64,000 bases of DNA from contig JBGFSC010000029.1 in the NCBI GenBank assembly GCA_041694815.1, forward strand, positions 1 to 64,000. Reading direction: 5' to 3'. The notes under the pieces are model-generated. The model was not told the DNA's origin, did not search any database, and saw nothing but the letters and a program-made list of their open reading frames with translations. This document shows, one piece after another, positions 63,617 through 64,000 of this stretch. Made by a program: the position numbers and the translations under genes. Origin of the DNA: Elusimicrobiota bacterium. Lineage in GTDB: Bacteria > Elusimicrobiota > Elusimicrobia > UBA1565 > JACRDR01. The stretch's first letter is position 1, and the number at the start of each line of letters is the position of its first letter.

Positions 63617-64000
63617 CGCCCTCCTGCGCGCCCGCTCGCTCACCAAGCGCTTCGGCGGCGTTACGGCGCTCGACCGCGTGGACTTCGATCTCTACGAGGG
63701 GGAGATCCACGCCTTGTGCGGCGAGAATGGCGCGGGCAAGTCGACGCTTATCAAGCTACTTTCGGGCATCCATCCCTTCGGCAGCTACGAGGGCGGCTTC
63801 GAGCTGCGCGGCAGGCCAGCGCGTTTCGAGTCGGTGGCCGATGCCGAGGCCGCCGGCATCGCGGTGATCCACCAGGAGCTCGCCTTAGTCGGCGAGATGA
63901 GCGTCGCCGAGAACCTATTCCTGGGCTCGGAGCCCGTGCGCGGCGCCTTCATCGACTACGAGCGCATGCTCGGGCAGTCCCGCGAGCTCTTGCGGCGCTT
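63606..64000 (+). CDS. xylG: Sugar ABC transporter ATP-binding protein (XylG-like), 3'-truncated by the window
   Basis: Not in the ORF track. GTG 63606 reads MPADALLRARSLTKRFGGVTALDRV...ALCGENGAGKSTLIKLLSGIHPFGSYEG...IHQEL. Confidence 0.9.
   Translation, partial: MPADALLRARSLTKRFGGVTALDRVDFDLYEGEIHALCGENGAGKSTLIKLLSGIHPFGSYEGGFELRGRPARFESVADAEAAGIAVIHQELALVGEMSVAENLFLGSEPVRGAFIDYERMLGQSRELLRR

Noticed and set aside
61642..63646. 429-aa and 367-aa minus-strand ORFs
   Set aside because: Antisense shadows of the GH38 and xylF genes.

Overview
High-GC bacterial chromosomal segment with about 55 genes. No rRNA, tRNA, CRISPR array, integrase or transposase was recognised. A PilE-type pilin with a long tail, a GYF-domain/PilT/PilC locus, LptE and low-complexity leaders on secreted enzymes suggest a diderm organism, tentatively Elusimicrobiota (inference, not tested). 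From left to right the window holds: a 5'-truncated type IV pilin with a 40-Cys repeat tail plus a Sel1 protein; an AAA-DUF4143 ATPase and a yefM-yoeB toxin-antitoxin pair; M23, WD40 and M13 proteins; a cystathionine gamma-synthase/lyase; a coiled-coil/TM/beta-propeller protein; comEC-nadK-recN-gltX; an Nramp-related Mg transporter with a MgtE-N/CBS partner; GYF protein-pilT-pilC; ogt, uvrC, rpsT, holA; two inserted secreted proteins; lptE-leuS; pepA-folE; a double-kinase hybrid sensor; PBP1B with a VCBS protein; SDR, amidinotransferase, TIGR02757 and DoxX; a complete A-family heme-copper oxidase operon with ctaA/ctaB; HAD and RluA-family genes; and a long coupled operon (2 TRL-like proteins, ChdC/Cld-family protein, TMTC-like mannosyltransferase, GH38 mannosidase, xylF/xylG-like ABC transporter). 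Three observations stand out. (1) Oxidase subunit I keeps the D-channel residues and the active-site Tyr but has Ile in place of the K-channel Lys. (2) Most transcription units have a (TG)nTAnnnT -10 box only 6-10 nt before the start codon, implying pervasive leaderless mRNA. (3) The pilin carries a modular disulfide-rich tail. All family assignments come from motif recognition by eye; no database search was run.
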